DNA of 63,994 bases, the filler included, from Candidatus Hydrogenedentota bacterium (GTDB lineage Bacteria; JBFMHD01): NCBI GenBank assembly GCA_040752395.1. It is 8 parts of 8 records of this genome, joined end to end, with 100 filler letters (N's around TTAATTAATTAA, not from the genome) between each part and the next. Parts side by side here need not be neighbours in the genome. Positions count along the whole stretch, not along the records: positions 27,677 to 34,030 come from JBFMHD010000161.1; positions 34,131 to 40,436 come from JBFMHD010000162.1; positions 40,537 to 46,816 come from JBFMHD010000163.1; 5 more parts are not named here. One strand, written 5' to 3'. The position numbers and the translations under genes were made by a program. Shown here piece by piece: positions 31,373 to 41,322 of this stretch. The notes beneath the pieces are model-generated. The model ran no database searches and was not told the DNA's origin. It saw only the letters and a list, made by a program, of their open reading frames with translations. How positions within the stretch are numbered: the stretch's first letter is position 1; every line of letters starts with the position of its first letter.

Positions 31373-32065
31373 TTATTCAAAAGCCCTTTTGCGTGGAAGA
31401 TTTATATCGATCCCCCATAAATCTTCATACCGTTCTTTATCGCGCTCCTCAGAAGTAAAATGACGTTTCTTCCCGGGGCTTTTTGTTTCCACCTGCCATC
31501 TATCAATAGCTTCTTCTTCTTCTTCTTTTGTCCATTCTTCTTTTTCTTCTTCCATATTTAAAGACCTATCTTCCGGGTTCTCGACCTCTACACGCCATCT
31601 ATCTATAGCCCCTCGGTCTTTATACCCTAGCCTTTTACCCATTCTCATCCTTTTCATACGTTCGCTTTTTAGTACTATAAATTTAGCTATCTGTTTTGTA
31701 GTAAGTATTTTACTTGCTTCATCATAAAGCTCATCATCTATAGACTGCATCTTATTTTTTTCATCTTTTATTTTATCGATTATATCCTGGAGTTCATTAT
31801 CAGGTGCTTCATTTTTCAGAGCTTCTTTAAGTGAGTCAGTCAGTTGTGCTAAGTCTTTTATAATCTTTTTGCGTTTGTTTTCGCTATCCTTGATTAACGA
31901 CGATATTTTCTCTTTTTGCTCATCAGTGAGTTCTAATCTTTCAGCGATTCTATCAAGCATTTTTTCTCTAAATTTAGACTCACCCTCTTTTTTGTTCTTA
32001 GAATACATAAAAGAGGGTACAAATAAAATACCTGAAACAACTAATAAAATAACAAGTTTACGCAT
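31373..32065 (-). CDS. Spy/CpxP-like periplasmic protein
   Basis: Signal peptide, LELTDEQKEKI and ILTTKQ (LTxxQ) motifs. Confidence 0.75.
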   Translation of the reverse strand: MRKLVILLVVSGILFVPSFMYSKNKKEGESKFREKMLDRIAERLELTDEQKEKISSLIKDSENKRKKIIKDLAQLTDSLKEALKNEAPDNELQDIIDKIKDEKNKMQSIDDELYDEASKILTTKQIAKFIVLKSERMKRMRMGKRLGYKDRGAIDRWRVEVENPEDRSLNMEEEKEEWTKEEEEEAIDRWQVETKSPGKKRHFTSEERDKERYEDLWGIDINLPRKRAFE

Positions 32066-32071
32066 AAACTA

Positions 32072-32350
32072 CCTCCTCTCCTCTGAAAAACATTGTAACT
32101 CTAATAATATCAAGTAGAAGCAAGATAACGGAAGAAGTGAGAGGTATCAGGACAGGCTACAGGCTACGGACTACAGCCGGTTGGAGCCAAAAGCCCGGAG
32201 CCGAAAGCCAACATCCTTTAAAAAAATCAGAATGCAAAATGCGGAAATCTGTAGTCAACAGCCAGAATTTAGAACGCAATAACCCAATAACCCAATAACC
32301 CAATAACCCAATAGTGTAGAGCGCAAAAGCGCTCATGTTGACTCCTCTGA
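32072..32350 (-). repeat. modular repeat array I-H-(unique)-B-A-C
   Basis: (AATAACCC)4 plus full B, A and C copies. Confidence 0.93.
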
Positions 32351-32457
32351 CTACAGCTCAAATATATTTCTTGAATAATTATATAATTTTTTAGTATGTT
32401 AATGCAATAAAAAATGGTATCTTTCACAATCATTTTTTTAAAGACAAATAAAATTCA

Positions 32458-32883
32458 TTAAAACAATTTAAAACATTTCATAATACTTGAAATAAAGCGT
32501 GGATAGATATTAAGAAATATTTTTATGTTTTTAAATACTATCTCATCGCGGTATTCACCGTATTCGTGAACAAGCCTGTTTCTTAATCCCGACGTTTTTG
32601 CAAGTCGTATTGCTAATTTATTAGAAATTAATCTTGAAGTTCCGAGTTTTTGGAAAACTTCATAATATGTTTCTGGGGGATTAATGTTTTTAAGCAGAAG
32701 CACCTCGCTTGATATGTCTGCACCAACTTCTACTATAAGCTGTAATAGTCTTTCCACTGCGCGCCTGGTCTTTCTTTCTTTGGAATACGTAATCCATTTT
32801 ATTTCTTTAAGTTCTTTGAGTTCGGAGATATAATCTGATAAAAGCTGTATCCTTCTTAAAAGTATAGAAGTCTCTGCATTCAT
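32458..32883 (-). CDS. hepT: HEPN (DUF86/HepT) ribonuclease toxin
   Basis: AVERLLQ, LRNRLVHEY (RX4HXY). Confidence 0.9.
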   Translation of the reverse strand: MNAETSILLRRIQLLSDYISELKELKEIKWITYSKERKTRRAVERLLQLIVEVGADISSEVLLLKNINPPETYYEVFQKLGTSRLISNKLAIRLAKTSGLRNRLVHEYGEYRDEIVFKNIKIFLNIYPRFISSIMKCFKLF

Positions 32884-32885
32884 AA

Positions 32886-33311
32886 TTATACTACCTGACT
32901 AAGTTTATTCTTAATAAAGTCTTCGTGTCTTTTGCGGAATTTTTTTGTATCCCTGTAATTACGCAATAATCTCAACCTAAAATCATGCCATTCTGAGGCA
33001 TTCCTGGCATACAAACATATTCCGTCCCTTGAAATAAAATAACCAAGTAATGGTGAAATATGATTCAGTATAACTATATCTAATGAAAATTCAGGCAATC
33101 TTTTAGTAAAATTTAAAAGTAAAATTTCTTCTTGTTTCAAAGACGGTTTATTATTAAATAATATACCAATATCTATATCAGATAATTGACCATATGTTGA
33201 TTTTACTGCCGACCCAAATAAAACGATTAACTTAATTGGTAAGTATTTAGCTGCTTTAACTATCCTATGTTTTAATCTTTCTATATCGATACCATGCTTT
33301 TTTTTTCTCAT
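32886..33311 (-). CDS. mntA: minimal nucleotidyltransferase antitoxin
   Basis: LFGSAVKSTYGQLSDIDIG (GSX10DXD). Start moved to ATG 33311 because the longer ORF runs through promoter and repeat DNA. Confidence 0.88.
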   Translation of the reverse strand: MRKKKHGIDIERLKHRIVKAAKYLPIKLIVLFGSAVKSTYGQLSDIDIGILFNNKPSLKQEEILLLNFTKRLPEFSLDIVILNHISPLLGYFISRDGICLYARNASEWHDFRLRLLRNYRDTKKFRKRHEDFIKNKLSQVV

Positions 33312-33376
33312 TATTGTCTTAAAAAAATCCGGTCCATTTCGTTGATTACAAAAAAGACCTGAATAAATTTCTTGAA

Positions 33377-33408
33377 TAATTATATAATTTTCTGGTATGT
33401 TAATGCAA
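33377..33408 (-). promoter_or_regulatory. sigma70 promoter of mntA-hepT (second copy at about 32376-32407)
   Basis: TTGCAT-N18-TATAAT on the - strand, within a ~55-bp direct repeat. Confidence 0.6.
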
Positions 33409-33427
33409 TAAAAAAAGTGTATAAAAG

Positions 33428-33825
33428 ATAGAAGACAGAAGACAGGAGCGACGTATGAAAGAGGCATATACTGCTCCCCTGAAACGTGAGACACTTTAAA
33501 GGGGAGTACTCATGAGCGCGGGTTGCGCTCTACACTATTGGGTTCTTGGGTTCTTGGGTTATTGCGTTTTTGCGCTCTACATAAAGGATGAAAAAGATAG
33601 GAGTTAGGAGTTCGTAATAATAGATCCGAGCTCCGAACTCCGAACTTTGAAGAAGTAGTGAGGGTCACAAGACCCGTAGTAGACTGAGGGAATATCAAGA
33701 AGCAAGATAACGGAAAAAAAGACAACGAAAAAGAAAGGTTGAGGTTGAGGCTAAGGTTGAGGAACGGAAAGAAAGACAACGAAAGGCACAAAGGCACAAA
33801 GGCACAAAGTGACAGAGGCACAAAG
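33428..33825 (+). repeat. largest modular repeat array: F-I-H-I-G-inverted A half-(AGGTTG)n-E
   Basis: Matches 20271-20310, 56768-56850 and 28846-28906; five GGCACAAA-type octamers. Confidence 0.9.
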
Positions 33826-34030
33826 TTTTTTCTATCAGCTCCGTACAGAACGAGTAATACGAACAGTTAAAGAAGAAACTATCTGGATATCAGATTGGGA
33901 GACATATGAGGAAGCGGTTTTGGGTATTTCAGAAGGGATAGAGTTATATAACGGGGATCATCTTCATTTATCATTAGGGTATTTAAGTGCAGTTGAGTTT
34001 GAGCAATTAATTTATGAGAGGTGTGAAGAG
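33826..34030 (+). pseudogene. IS3-family transposase, integrase-core C-terminal remnant
   Basis: ERVIRTVKEE..YN..H.SLGYLSAVEFE resembles the E-helix and HSSLGY motif of IS3 DDE transposases; the 5' part is missing. Confidence 0.75.
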
Positions 34031-34410
34031 NNNNNNNNNNNNNNNNNNNNNNNNNNNNNNNNNNNNNNNNNNNNTTAATTAATTAANNNNNNNNNNNNNN
34101 NNNNNNNNNNNNNNNNNNNNNNNNNNNNNNTTACTTTAGGAAATATAAGTAATACTTTCAACGATAATGTATCCTCATCAACTTAATTTGCTTTATTTAG
34201 ATATTCAAAATAGAGAGAAATGTCAAAGAAAAAGCAAATAAGGTAATCAATGATTTGGTTAATTTTTTTCTGGTTTTACTATGGGTTATAGGCTCGATTC
34301 TTTCAATGATAAGACAATCTTCAAGGATTTGAAAATATGACGCAATAGTGGTATGAGCCACACCGTGGGAATTGTATTATATCAAGCTTCAGGAAAAAAT
34401 TGGTAATTAA

Positions 34411-35181
34411 CTATGGTTGATTTCTGCCTTTAAAGATGAGATGCCAGCCAAGTTCGTAATCTTCAGGTACTTTTATTTTTACTTTTCTCTTTTTCTCTGT
34501 ATCTATAACATTGTACTCAACTGATAGTTTCACGTTTTTAAAATATTTTTTAAGAAGTTTTTTAATCTCCTCTTTAGTATACGCTTTTGTGTAAGGACAT
34601 CCTTTATTTCTCTCGGAATACATAGAAAGTATCCTGTCTAATGAATATTTCTTTAAAAGACCATGCTTTATCCCGCGTAGATAAACTATTGAATATGCGA
34701 ACAGTAAACTATCTCTATTATAAACCATACCTGCTATCTCTCCCCCCTTTTTAAGAACCCTTTTTATTTCATTTAAGATTTTCTTGATATCAGGAATATG
34801 GTGTAATACCCCGAAACTATAGACACAATCGATTGTACTATTTTTAAAAGGGAGGTTGTGACCATCGGCTCTAATAATATAACCTTTATATTTTTTCTCT
34901 TTTAAATATTTATTTGTTACTAATGTCCCTTTTTCAGTCATATCAGTAGCAACTATTTTTGCACCATATTTAGCAAACTCTAAACTATCTATTCCTGAAC
35001 CACATCCTATTTCAAGAACTAATTTGTTTTTATACTGATTGTATTTAAAAACACGTTGCATATAATCTTGCAATCTATATCTGAACTGTCTTTTCTTCTC
35101 AAAAGAATCTAATTTTATTTCATCTTGTGAGAATGGAATAGATTTTTCCCAGTACTTCATATTCTTTAAATTCATAACCAA
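34411..35181 (-). CDS. class I SAM-dependent methyltransferase
   Basis: VLEIGCGSG, LPFKNSTIDCVYSFGVLHHIPD. Confidence 0.88.
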   Translation of the reverse strand: MVMNLKNMKYWEKSIPFSQDEIKLDSFEKKRQFRYRLQDYMQRVFKYNQYKNKLVLEIGCGSGIDSLEFAKYGAKIVATDMTEKGTLVTNKYLKEKKYKGYIIRADGHNLPFKNSTIDCVYSFGVLHHIPDIKKILNEIKRVLKKGGEIAGMVYNRDSLLFAYSIVYLRGIKHGLLKKYSLDRILSMYSERNKGCPYTKAYTKEEIKKLLKKYFKNVKLSVEYNVIDTEKKRKVKIKVPEDYELGWHLIFKGRNQP

Positions 35182-35314
35182 AAAATATCCTTTTTCTTAC
35201 GCAATCAGAACTGTCTTATTTATACCATTATTAGAATTAGATTTTCAAATCCAAAAATTTAATTGTTATAATATCAATAAAATTCAAAATCATAACCGTC
35301 CTCATTTTTCATTA

Positions 35315-37042
35315 TCATGCTTTCTGGGTGCTGATATAATTGTTCAACCATAAGTCAAGCATCAACAAACCGAACACCTCTCTGCTGTAATTGTTTTCTA
35401 CAGTGAAATTAATCTTATTAAGATTATAAAGATGCCTGAACTTAGAATAATATATCTGTTCCCTTATTTCGTTAACTGAATTATTGATAAACGTGCCAAC
35501 TGGTGTGGTGAACCCCATTTTATCCTTACGGCCAAGTATGTCCTGCGGCAGCAAGTCATTCACCATCTTCTTTAAATAATGTTTCAGATTGTTCCTTCTG
35601 TATAATTTCTTTGCAGGTATTAAAAACACGTTTCTTACAAACTCCTGGTTCAGCAACGATGGTCTGCTCTCTATGGAGTGCCTCGCTGCTATTTTGTCCT
35701 CGATGTTAAGAAGCCCGGGTAAAAAATTTCTCATATCGAATATCTGCATTTTTCTTAAATCATCGGTATTGTAACGATTAAATTCATCGTAAAAAGAGAA
35801 AACGGTTTTATCGTCATAAAAATTGTAAAACCTAGCGTCGCCCTTGGTATGCAGCATCTCAAACCTCTCGACTATGGATAATGAACACTCTATTTTCCGA
35901 AAAGTCGGTAAATATTTTGGGTCCGGACAAAAACCCATTGCCATAGGATACCGCATATAACCCAAAAATAGTTCGTCACCACCTATGCCGTTTAATATAA
36001 CTCTATATCGTTTACTCACAAGTGAAAGTATATCGTTGAGCGGCAGTATCACGGACCCTATGCTCAGTTCGTCAAAATCCTGTAGAATATCATTGAGTCT
36101 GGATATAAGAGAAAATTTTTCGTCAGCATTTAAGGTCATAAGACGTGTTGATTTAATATAGTTCACCAGGCTTTTTGCAAACTTTGTCTCATTACAATCC
36201 TGGAAACTGAAATTGCAGTGATAAGCAACCTCGGGTTTTACTATCGCGGTAATGGTGCTTGAGTCTATACCACCGCTTACGAATGTGGTTATTGGGACAT
36301 CGCTTATCGTACTCTCATTTACTACTTTATACAGCAGTTTTCGCATCTTTAACAGAGAGGGTTCGTGTCCCGATTTTAGCAATTCATTATAATCAAAATA
36401 TCTCTGAAATTTTATCCTGTTTTTCCTTATATCGTATATCACAAATTCACCCGGTCGCACCTTGAATATATTTCTAATAAATGTTTTGTTATCAAATGTG
36501 AGTTGATATTTTACATATTCTGATAATGCAGAATAATTCAGTACCTTATCAATCTCGCACGACTGAATTATAGTTTTAATCATTGATGAGAAACAGAGCT
36601 TGTTTTTCTCGTAGTAATAATACAATGGTTTTACGCCAAAATGGTCACGACATAAAATAATCTTCTTTTTCTTTTTATCGTAAAGCACAAATGCCCAGAA
36701 CCCCCTGAACCTTTTTACAGCATTTAGTCCGTATTCAGTAACTGCTTCAAGAACCACTTCTGTATCAGACGAGGTTTTGAAAATAATCCCCCTGTTAATT
36801 AAATCTTTTTTTATATCCATAAAATTGTACACCTCGCCATTATATGCGATAACGTATCTTTTATTTTCAAGAGGCTGGTTACCTCTAAAGCCTGGGTCGA
36901 TTATAGACAGTCTGGATACAGCCATAAAAATTTTATCTGTATACCAGGTGCCTATAAAATCCGGGCCCCTTTTAAGTAAAAACTCAAGGTCTTTAAAACT
37001 ATACGAATCCCTGTAATTATAACCACCTAATATACCACACAT
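35315..37042 (-). CDS. asnB: asparagine synthase-family glutamine amidotransferase (probably glycan amidation)
   Basis: MCGI N-terminus, RGPD, YNGEVYNF, SGGIDS, GGDELF; located in a glycan cluster. Confidence 0.9.
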   Translation of the reverse strand: MCGILGGYNYRDSYSFKDLEFLLKRGPDFIGTWYTDKIFMAVSRLSIIDPGFRGNQPLENKRYVIAYNGEVYNFMDIKKDLINRGIIFKTSSDTEVVLEAVTEYGLNAVKRFRGFWAFVLYDKKKKKIILCRDHFGVKPLYYYYEKNKLCFSSMIKTIIQSCEIDKVLNYSALSEYVKYQLTFDNKTFIRNIFKVRPGEFVIYDIRKNRIKFQRYFDYNELLKSGHEPSLLKMRKLLYKVVNESTISDVPITTFVSGGIDSSTITAIVKPEVAYHCNFSFQDCNETKFAKSLVNYIKSTRLMTLNADEKFSLISRLNDILQDFDELSIGSVILPLNDILSLVSKRYRVILNGIGGDELFLGYMRYPMAMGFCPDPKYLPTFRKIECSLSIVERFEMLHTKGDARFYNFYDDKTVFSFYDEFNRYNTDDLRKMQIFDMRNFLPGLLNIEDKIAARHSIESRPSLLNQEFVRNVFLIPAKKLYRRNNLKHYLKKMVNDLLPQDILGRKDKMGFTTPVGTFINNSVNEIREQIYYSKFRHLYNLNKINFTVENNYSREVFGLLMLDLWLNNYISTQKA

Positions 37043-37045
37043 AAT

Positions 37046-38092
37046 TCATTCCCATCCTTTTCTGTTTTTGTTAATACTTTTGACATCTCTTATTATCCTC
37101 TCCCAGTTCTCCTTAAACCAGTAAACAGTGTTCTCGATTCCCTGCTCAAAATTCATTACCGGGGTATATTTAAGAATAGTTCTGGCTTTGTCTATCGATG
37201 CTTCACGTCTATACAGTCTATCCCATTTTCTTAAAGGTATATAATATTTTTTCACTCTTTTTTTATTAAAAATCCTGCTCACTGTATCTATAATAACATC
37301 TGCTACATAATTTATCTCTATCTGTCTCCCTGTTGAAAGATTAAAAATCTGATTCACCGCTTCATCAAGATATCCGCACCGTATTATTGCACAAGCAAGG
37401 TCTTCAGTATAAACAAAATCTCTTGTTTCCCTGCCGGTGCCCATAACCGGCAGATTTTGTCCGCAAATAGCTTTATAAATAAAATTTGAAACAACGTTTC
37501 TTCCATAACCCGGTATCTCACCAGGTCCATAAGCGTTAAAAAATCGTGCAGTTACCACTTTAAGGCTATAATTGGTCATAAAATAGTTGCAGTAGAGTTC
37601 TCCAAGCAGTTTTGTAATCTGGTAGGGTGTTTCCTGTATTAAAGATACCGGGAAATCCTCTTTGACCGGGTTTGGAGCGGATACTCCGTATATTGAACAA
37701 CCCGCTGAAGCATATATTAATCTGTCAACTTTATTTTCGATGCAAAATTGACATATATGTAATGTTCCGAAACCATTGACACGCAAATCTTCCTTGGGGT
37801 CTTCAACAGATTTCTGGTTTGCACAGAATGCCGCAAGATGAAATACTATATCCGGTTTATAAGAGAATACTTTTTTTAATGTTTTCTCCTCGACCACGCT
37901 GCCTTTAATAAAAATAATTTTTTTATCATAAGGTACGTTCCATCTTCTTGAGGTCACAAGATTGTCGAGAACAATTATTCTCCTTGTCCCTATATTCAAT
38001 AGCATCCTGACAAGATTGCTACCGATAAAACCCGTACCACCTGTCACAAGCACTGTCTTTTGTGAATAATATCTTGAAATTTTGTCAATCAT
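37046..38092 (-). CDS. NAD-dependent sugar epimerase/dehydratase
   Basis: TGGTGFIGS, YQITK, RFFNAYGP, TRDFVY. Confidence 0.92.
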   Translation of the reverse strand: MIDKISRYYSQKTVLVTGGTGFIGSNLVRMLLNIGTRRIIVLDNLVTSRRWNVPYDKKIIFIKGSVVEEKTLKKVFSYKPDIVFHLAAFCANQKSVEDPKEDLRVNGFGTLHICQFCIENKVDRLIYASAGCSIYGVSAPNPVKEDFPVSLIQETPYQITKLLGELYCNYFMTNYSLKVVTARFFNAYGPGEIPGYGRNVVSNFIYKAICGQNLPVMGTGRETRDFVYTEDLACAIIRCGYLDEAVNQIFNLSTGRQIEINYVADVIIDTVSRIFNKKRVKKYYIPLRKWDRLYRREASIDKARTILKYTPVMNFEQGIENTVYWFKENWERIIRDVKSINKNRKGWE

Positions 38093-39111
38093 ACAAAATA
38101 TAAATGGTCTGACCCCTCCTTAAAAATATAATTCAGTAATTCATTTGTCTTATCATACCAGCAGGCTGGACATTTTTTTATTTTTAGTCTGGAGATAAAG
38201 TTTCTACGTTTTCTACCATTCCAGATATTCTTAAAAGATGTTCTGTAAATAGAACCAAAGGAACACGATTTTATGTATTTCAGAACACAACATGGATACA
38301 CGTTCCCATCCACACCAATCTGGGTATTATATCTGTGTATATAACAGTGCTCAAAATCTCTGTCAGGCTGTGTGATATTCTTGATTCTATGCATAAGATT
38401 GATTACATTAAACCTGTCATCGGATAATTTTGCAGCTTTCTCAATCTGTTTATTTATCTTGCTTGACAACATAGCTATAGTTTTGATTTTAAATAAATCG
38501 TATTCTGGTTTGAATTGTATGTAATTTACACCAAGCTTTTTAAATAACTTTGCTGCTTTGTATATCTCTTTATAATTTTCAGTTGTCACTATAAAACTGA
38601 CACCCACATCAGTAAATCCTGTAATAAGTCTGATATTCTCTTTCAACTTTTTAAAATCAAAATTATCCTTAGGATTATGTATAATTTTGTAGGTTCTGCG
38701 AGTTGCGGCATCGACACTGACCCGGACCCAGGAAGCTTTTCTAAGTAACAATTTATTTTCAGGCAGTCTCGAGAGATTAGTCACGATACCAAACTTGATT
38801 CTGGTTTTAACTATCCTGTTCAGGATTTTATCAAAATCTCTGTGAATCATAGGCTCGCCACCGCCTACAAAGGTTACGGCTTTCACACCGAGTCTCTTCA
38901 GTTCATCAATCAGTCTAATTACTACGTCAGTTTCGAGAAACCCGATATTTTTTATATATTCCTGTTTCTTTGTTGTTCTGCTACCCTCCCTGAAAAAACA
39001 GAACGTGCAATTCTGGTTACAAGCTCCAGTTAGATCTATCTGAATATGTATAGGATATTTACTGTCTAATTTATGTTTTAATATTTTGAACTGACTGAAA
39101 CGATAATCCAT
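38089..39111 (-). CDS. radical SAM protein with SPASM/twitch domain
   Basis: CNQNCTFC, GGGEP, GNVYPCC..CPAC. Confidence 0.9.
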   Translation of the reverse strand: MDYRFSQFKILKHKLDSKYPIHIQIDLTGACNQNCTFCFFREGSRTTKKQEYIKNIGFLETDVVIRLIDELKRLGVKAVTFVGGGEPMIHRDFDKILNRIVKTRIKFGIVTNLSRLPENKLLLRKASWVRVSVDAATRRTYKIIHNPKDNFDFKKLKENIRLITGFTDVGVSFIVTTENYKEIYKAAKLFKKLGVNYIQFKPEYDLFKIKTIAMLSSKINKQIEKAAKLSDDRFNVINLMHRIKNITQPDRDFEHCYIHRYNTQIGVDGNVYPCCVLKYIKSCSFGSIYRTSFKNIWNGRKRRNFISRLKIKKCPACWYDKTNELLNYIFKEGSDHLYFV

Positions 39112-39130
39112 AATAAAATCGTATTTTAAT

Positions 39131-40237
39131 TCACTTTTTATCTTTAGCCAGCAATATTTTCACAATGCGTGCAGCGGTCTGACCATCCCATAAAGGGATA
39201 CGCTCAGCCTGTTTATACCGATTATTCATTATCTGGTTAAAATATTTTAAAATCTTATATTCTGAATTACCAACCAGAGTATTTGTTCCTTTTGTAATAG
39301 TGACTGGTCGTTCTGTATTATAACGCATTGTAAGACATGGTATGTTTAGAAAAGTTGTCTCCTGCTGCAGACTGCCTGAATCGGTCAAGACAAATTTTGC
39401 ATTGGTAAACAATTGAACAAACTCAAAATAACCGAGTGGCTCGGTAGCGATCATATTTTTCATATTATTTAAGAGTAGCTTCATTTCTGAATTGGTTTTT
39501 ATCTGTTTTAAAGTTCTTGGATGTACAGGAAAAACAAGTGGTATCTCTTTCTGTATCTCATCAAATATGTTCAATATCTGAATCAAAGTATCAGAATTAT
39601 CCACGTTTGAGGGACGATGCATTGTTATTACCCCATACTGTTTCTTCTTCAAGTGGTACCTTTTTAATACATCGTCTCTTGCTTTAATTTTTTTCAATGC
39701 AAACAATAACGAATCAATCATTATATCACCAACGATGTATATCTTTTTTTCTGAAATCCCCTCTCGTTTCAGATTACAGGCTGAGATCTGGTCGATAGCA
39801 AACAGATAGTCAGAAACTGCATCTGTCAGCAGACGGTTTATCTCTTCAGGCATCGTGCGGTCAAAACTCCGACATCCGGCTTCAATATGAGCCACCTTGA
39901 TACCGAGTTTTACCGCTACAAGAGAACAGGCGAGTGTAGAGTTAACGTCTCCTGCTACTATCACGATCTTGGGTTTTTCGTGAAGCAGGACTTTTTCAAA
40001 CTCAATCATAATTCTGCCTGTCTGTTCACCGTGCAAACCTGAACCACAGCCGAGATTATAATCCGGTTTACGAATACCCAGGTCTCTGAAAAATGAATCT
40101 GACATATTATAATCATAGTGCTGTCCTGTATGAACTAACTTGTACTCGATAAATTTACTGGATTTATTAAATATTCTCTGTAGCGGTGCAATCTTCATAA
40201 AGTTTGGTCTGGCACCAACTACATTGATAAACTTCAT
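39131..40237 (-). CDS. wecB: UDP-N-acetylglucosamine 2-epimerase (non-hydrolysing)
   Basis: GARPNFMK, HTGQHY, MPEEINR, TDSGSLQQE, TERP. Confidence 0.94.
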   Translation of the reverse strand: MKFINVVGARPNFMKIAPLQRIFNKSSKFIEYKLVHTGQHYDYNMSDSFFRDLGIRKPDYNLGCGSGLHGEQTGRIMIEFEKVLLHEKPKIVIVAGDVNSTLACSLVAVKLGIKVAHIEAGCRSFDRTMPEEINRLLTDAVSDYLFAIDQISACNLKREGISEKKIYIVGDIMIDSLLFALKKIKARDDVLKRYHLKKKQYGVITMHRPSNVDNSDTLIQILNIFDEIQKEIPLVFPVHPRTLKQIKTNSEMKLLLNNMKNMIATEPLGYFEFVQLFTNAKFVLTDSGSLQQETTFLNIPCLTMRYNTERPVTITKGTNTLVGNSEYKILKYFNQIMNNRYKQAERIPLWDGQTAARIVKILLAKDKK

Positions 40238-40536
40238 CTTTGTGGCTTTGCTCCATAGTAAATTGTAAATTTATTTGCCTATTCGCTGTCTCTGGATTCG
40301 CTACTACTTTAATTTTTTATCTTTGTGTCTTAAAATAACGTTTCAGCCCCTACTGTATTATAATTATCGGATTTTTCAACAAAAATCTATATTATATTTT
40401 TTCTTGCCAGTTTGCGATATTTAAATATACTTCCAANNNNNNNNNNNNNNNNNNNNNNNNNNNNNNNNNNNNNNNNNNNNTTAATTAATTAANNNNNNNN
40501 NNNNNNNNNNNNNNNNNNNNNNNNNNNNNNNNNNNN

Positions 40537-40600
40537 CCCATCCCCTATGAGCCATCCCCTAATATCCTTTGCGCCTTTGAAAGTAAAAAGTTAGAAGTAT
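40537..40600. repeat. repeat module CCCATCCCCTATGASCCATCCCCTAATAT plus E remnant
   Basis: Matches 63836-63875; lies at a contig start. Confidence 0.8.
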
Positions 40601-40646
40601 CATATAATCCGCAAAAAGCGGATATTGTTTTTTATATTATCAGATT

Positions 40647-41322
40647 TTAAAAAAAAGTAAAGTCATTTTTATTAATCAACTTTTTTATATCATCATTGTA
40701 TGGTAGAAGCCATAGTAGTGCTAATAATAAGAGAGTGATACTTAAAGATATTCCCAGCTTGTGCTCCATTTTAGCAGATAGTGTTAAAATTAAATTTAAG
40801 ATAACATCCAGCCCCAAAAATGGTGGCTTAATATACAAAAGAGTACTGCATAAAGAAAGGTGACAAACAATCCACATATTCAAAAAACGTTACGGAAATC
40901 CCGCAAAATATAGTTGCATAAAGACCTATATTTTTATTAATAACAAGCGAGATTATTTTATAGAAAAAATATAATCCAGAAACAGAAAATAATACTGCGA
41001 TAATTTTAAGAAAGTAAAAATCGTCAAGAATATATTTCATTAAGAATCCATTAATGATAGCAGATAACGGCGGGTAATGAGTATAATACCCTATTTCACT
41101 TTCAGTACCATGACTTGCACCGAGATAACCGGGATGATAATACGTTAAAAGATAATGTTTAAAAAATCCTTCATCTTTAAAATGCCTTGCTGCGACTAAA
41201 TTTTGTGCATCACCTATAGCCCATGCGCTCCAGCGATATTCATTTAATGTTCGTACTGCTGAAAAAATAAATATTATTAAAAGGAAAAATAAGACTAAGA
41301 TATGAGGTTTACGATCAACCAT
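40647..41322 (-). pseudogene. broken ArnT/PMT-like (GT-C) membrane glycosyltransferase
   Basis: YYTHYPPLS N-terminal motif; the frame ends after about 164 aa and a short hydrophobic ORF continues in another frame; far shorter than typical family members. Confidence 0.55.
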
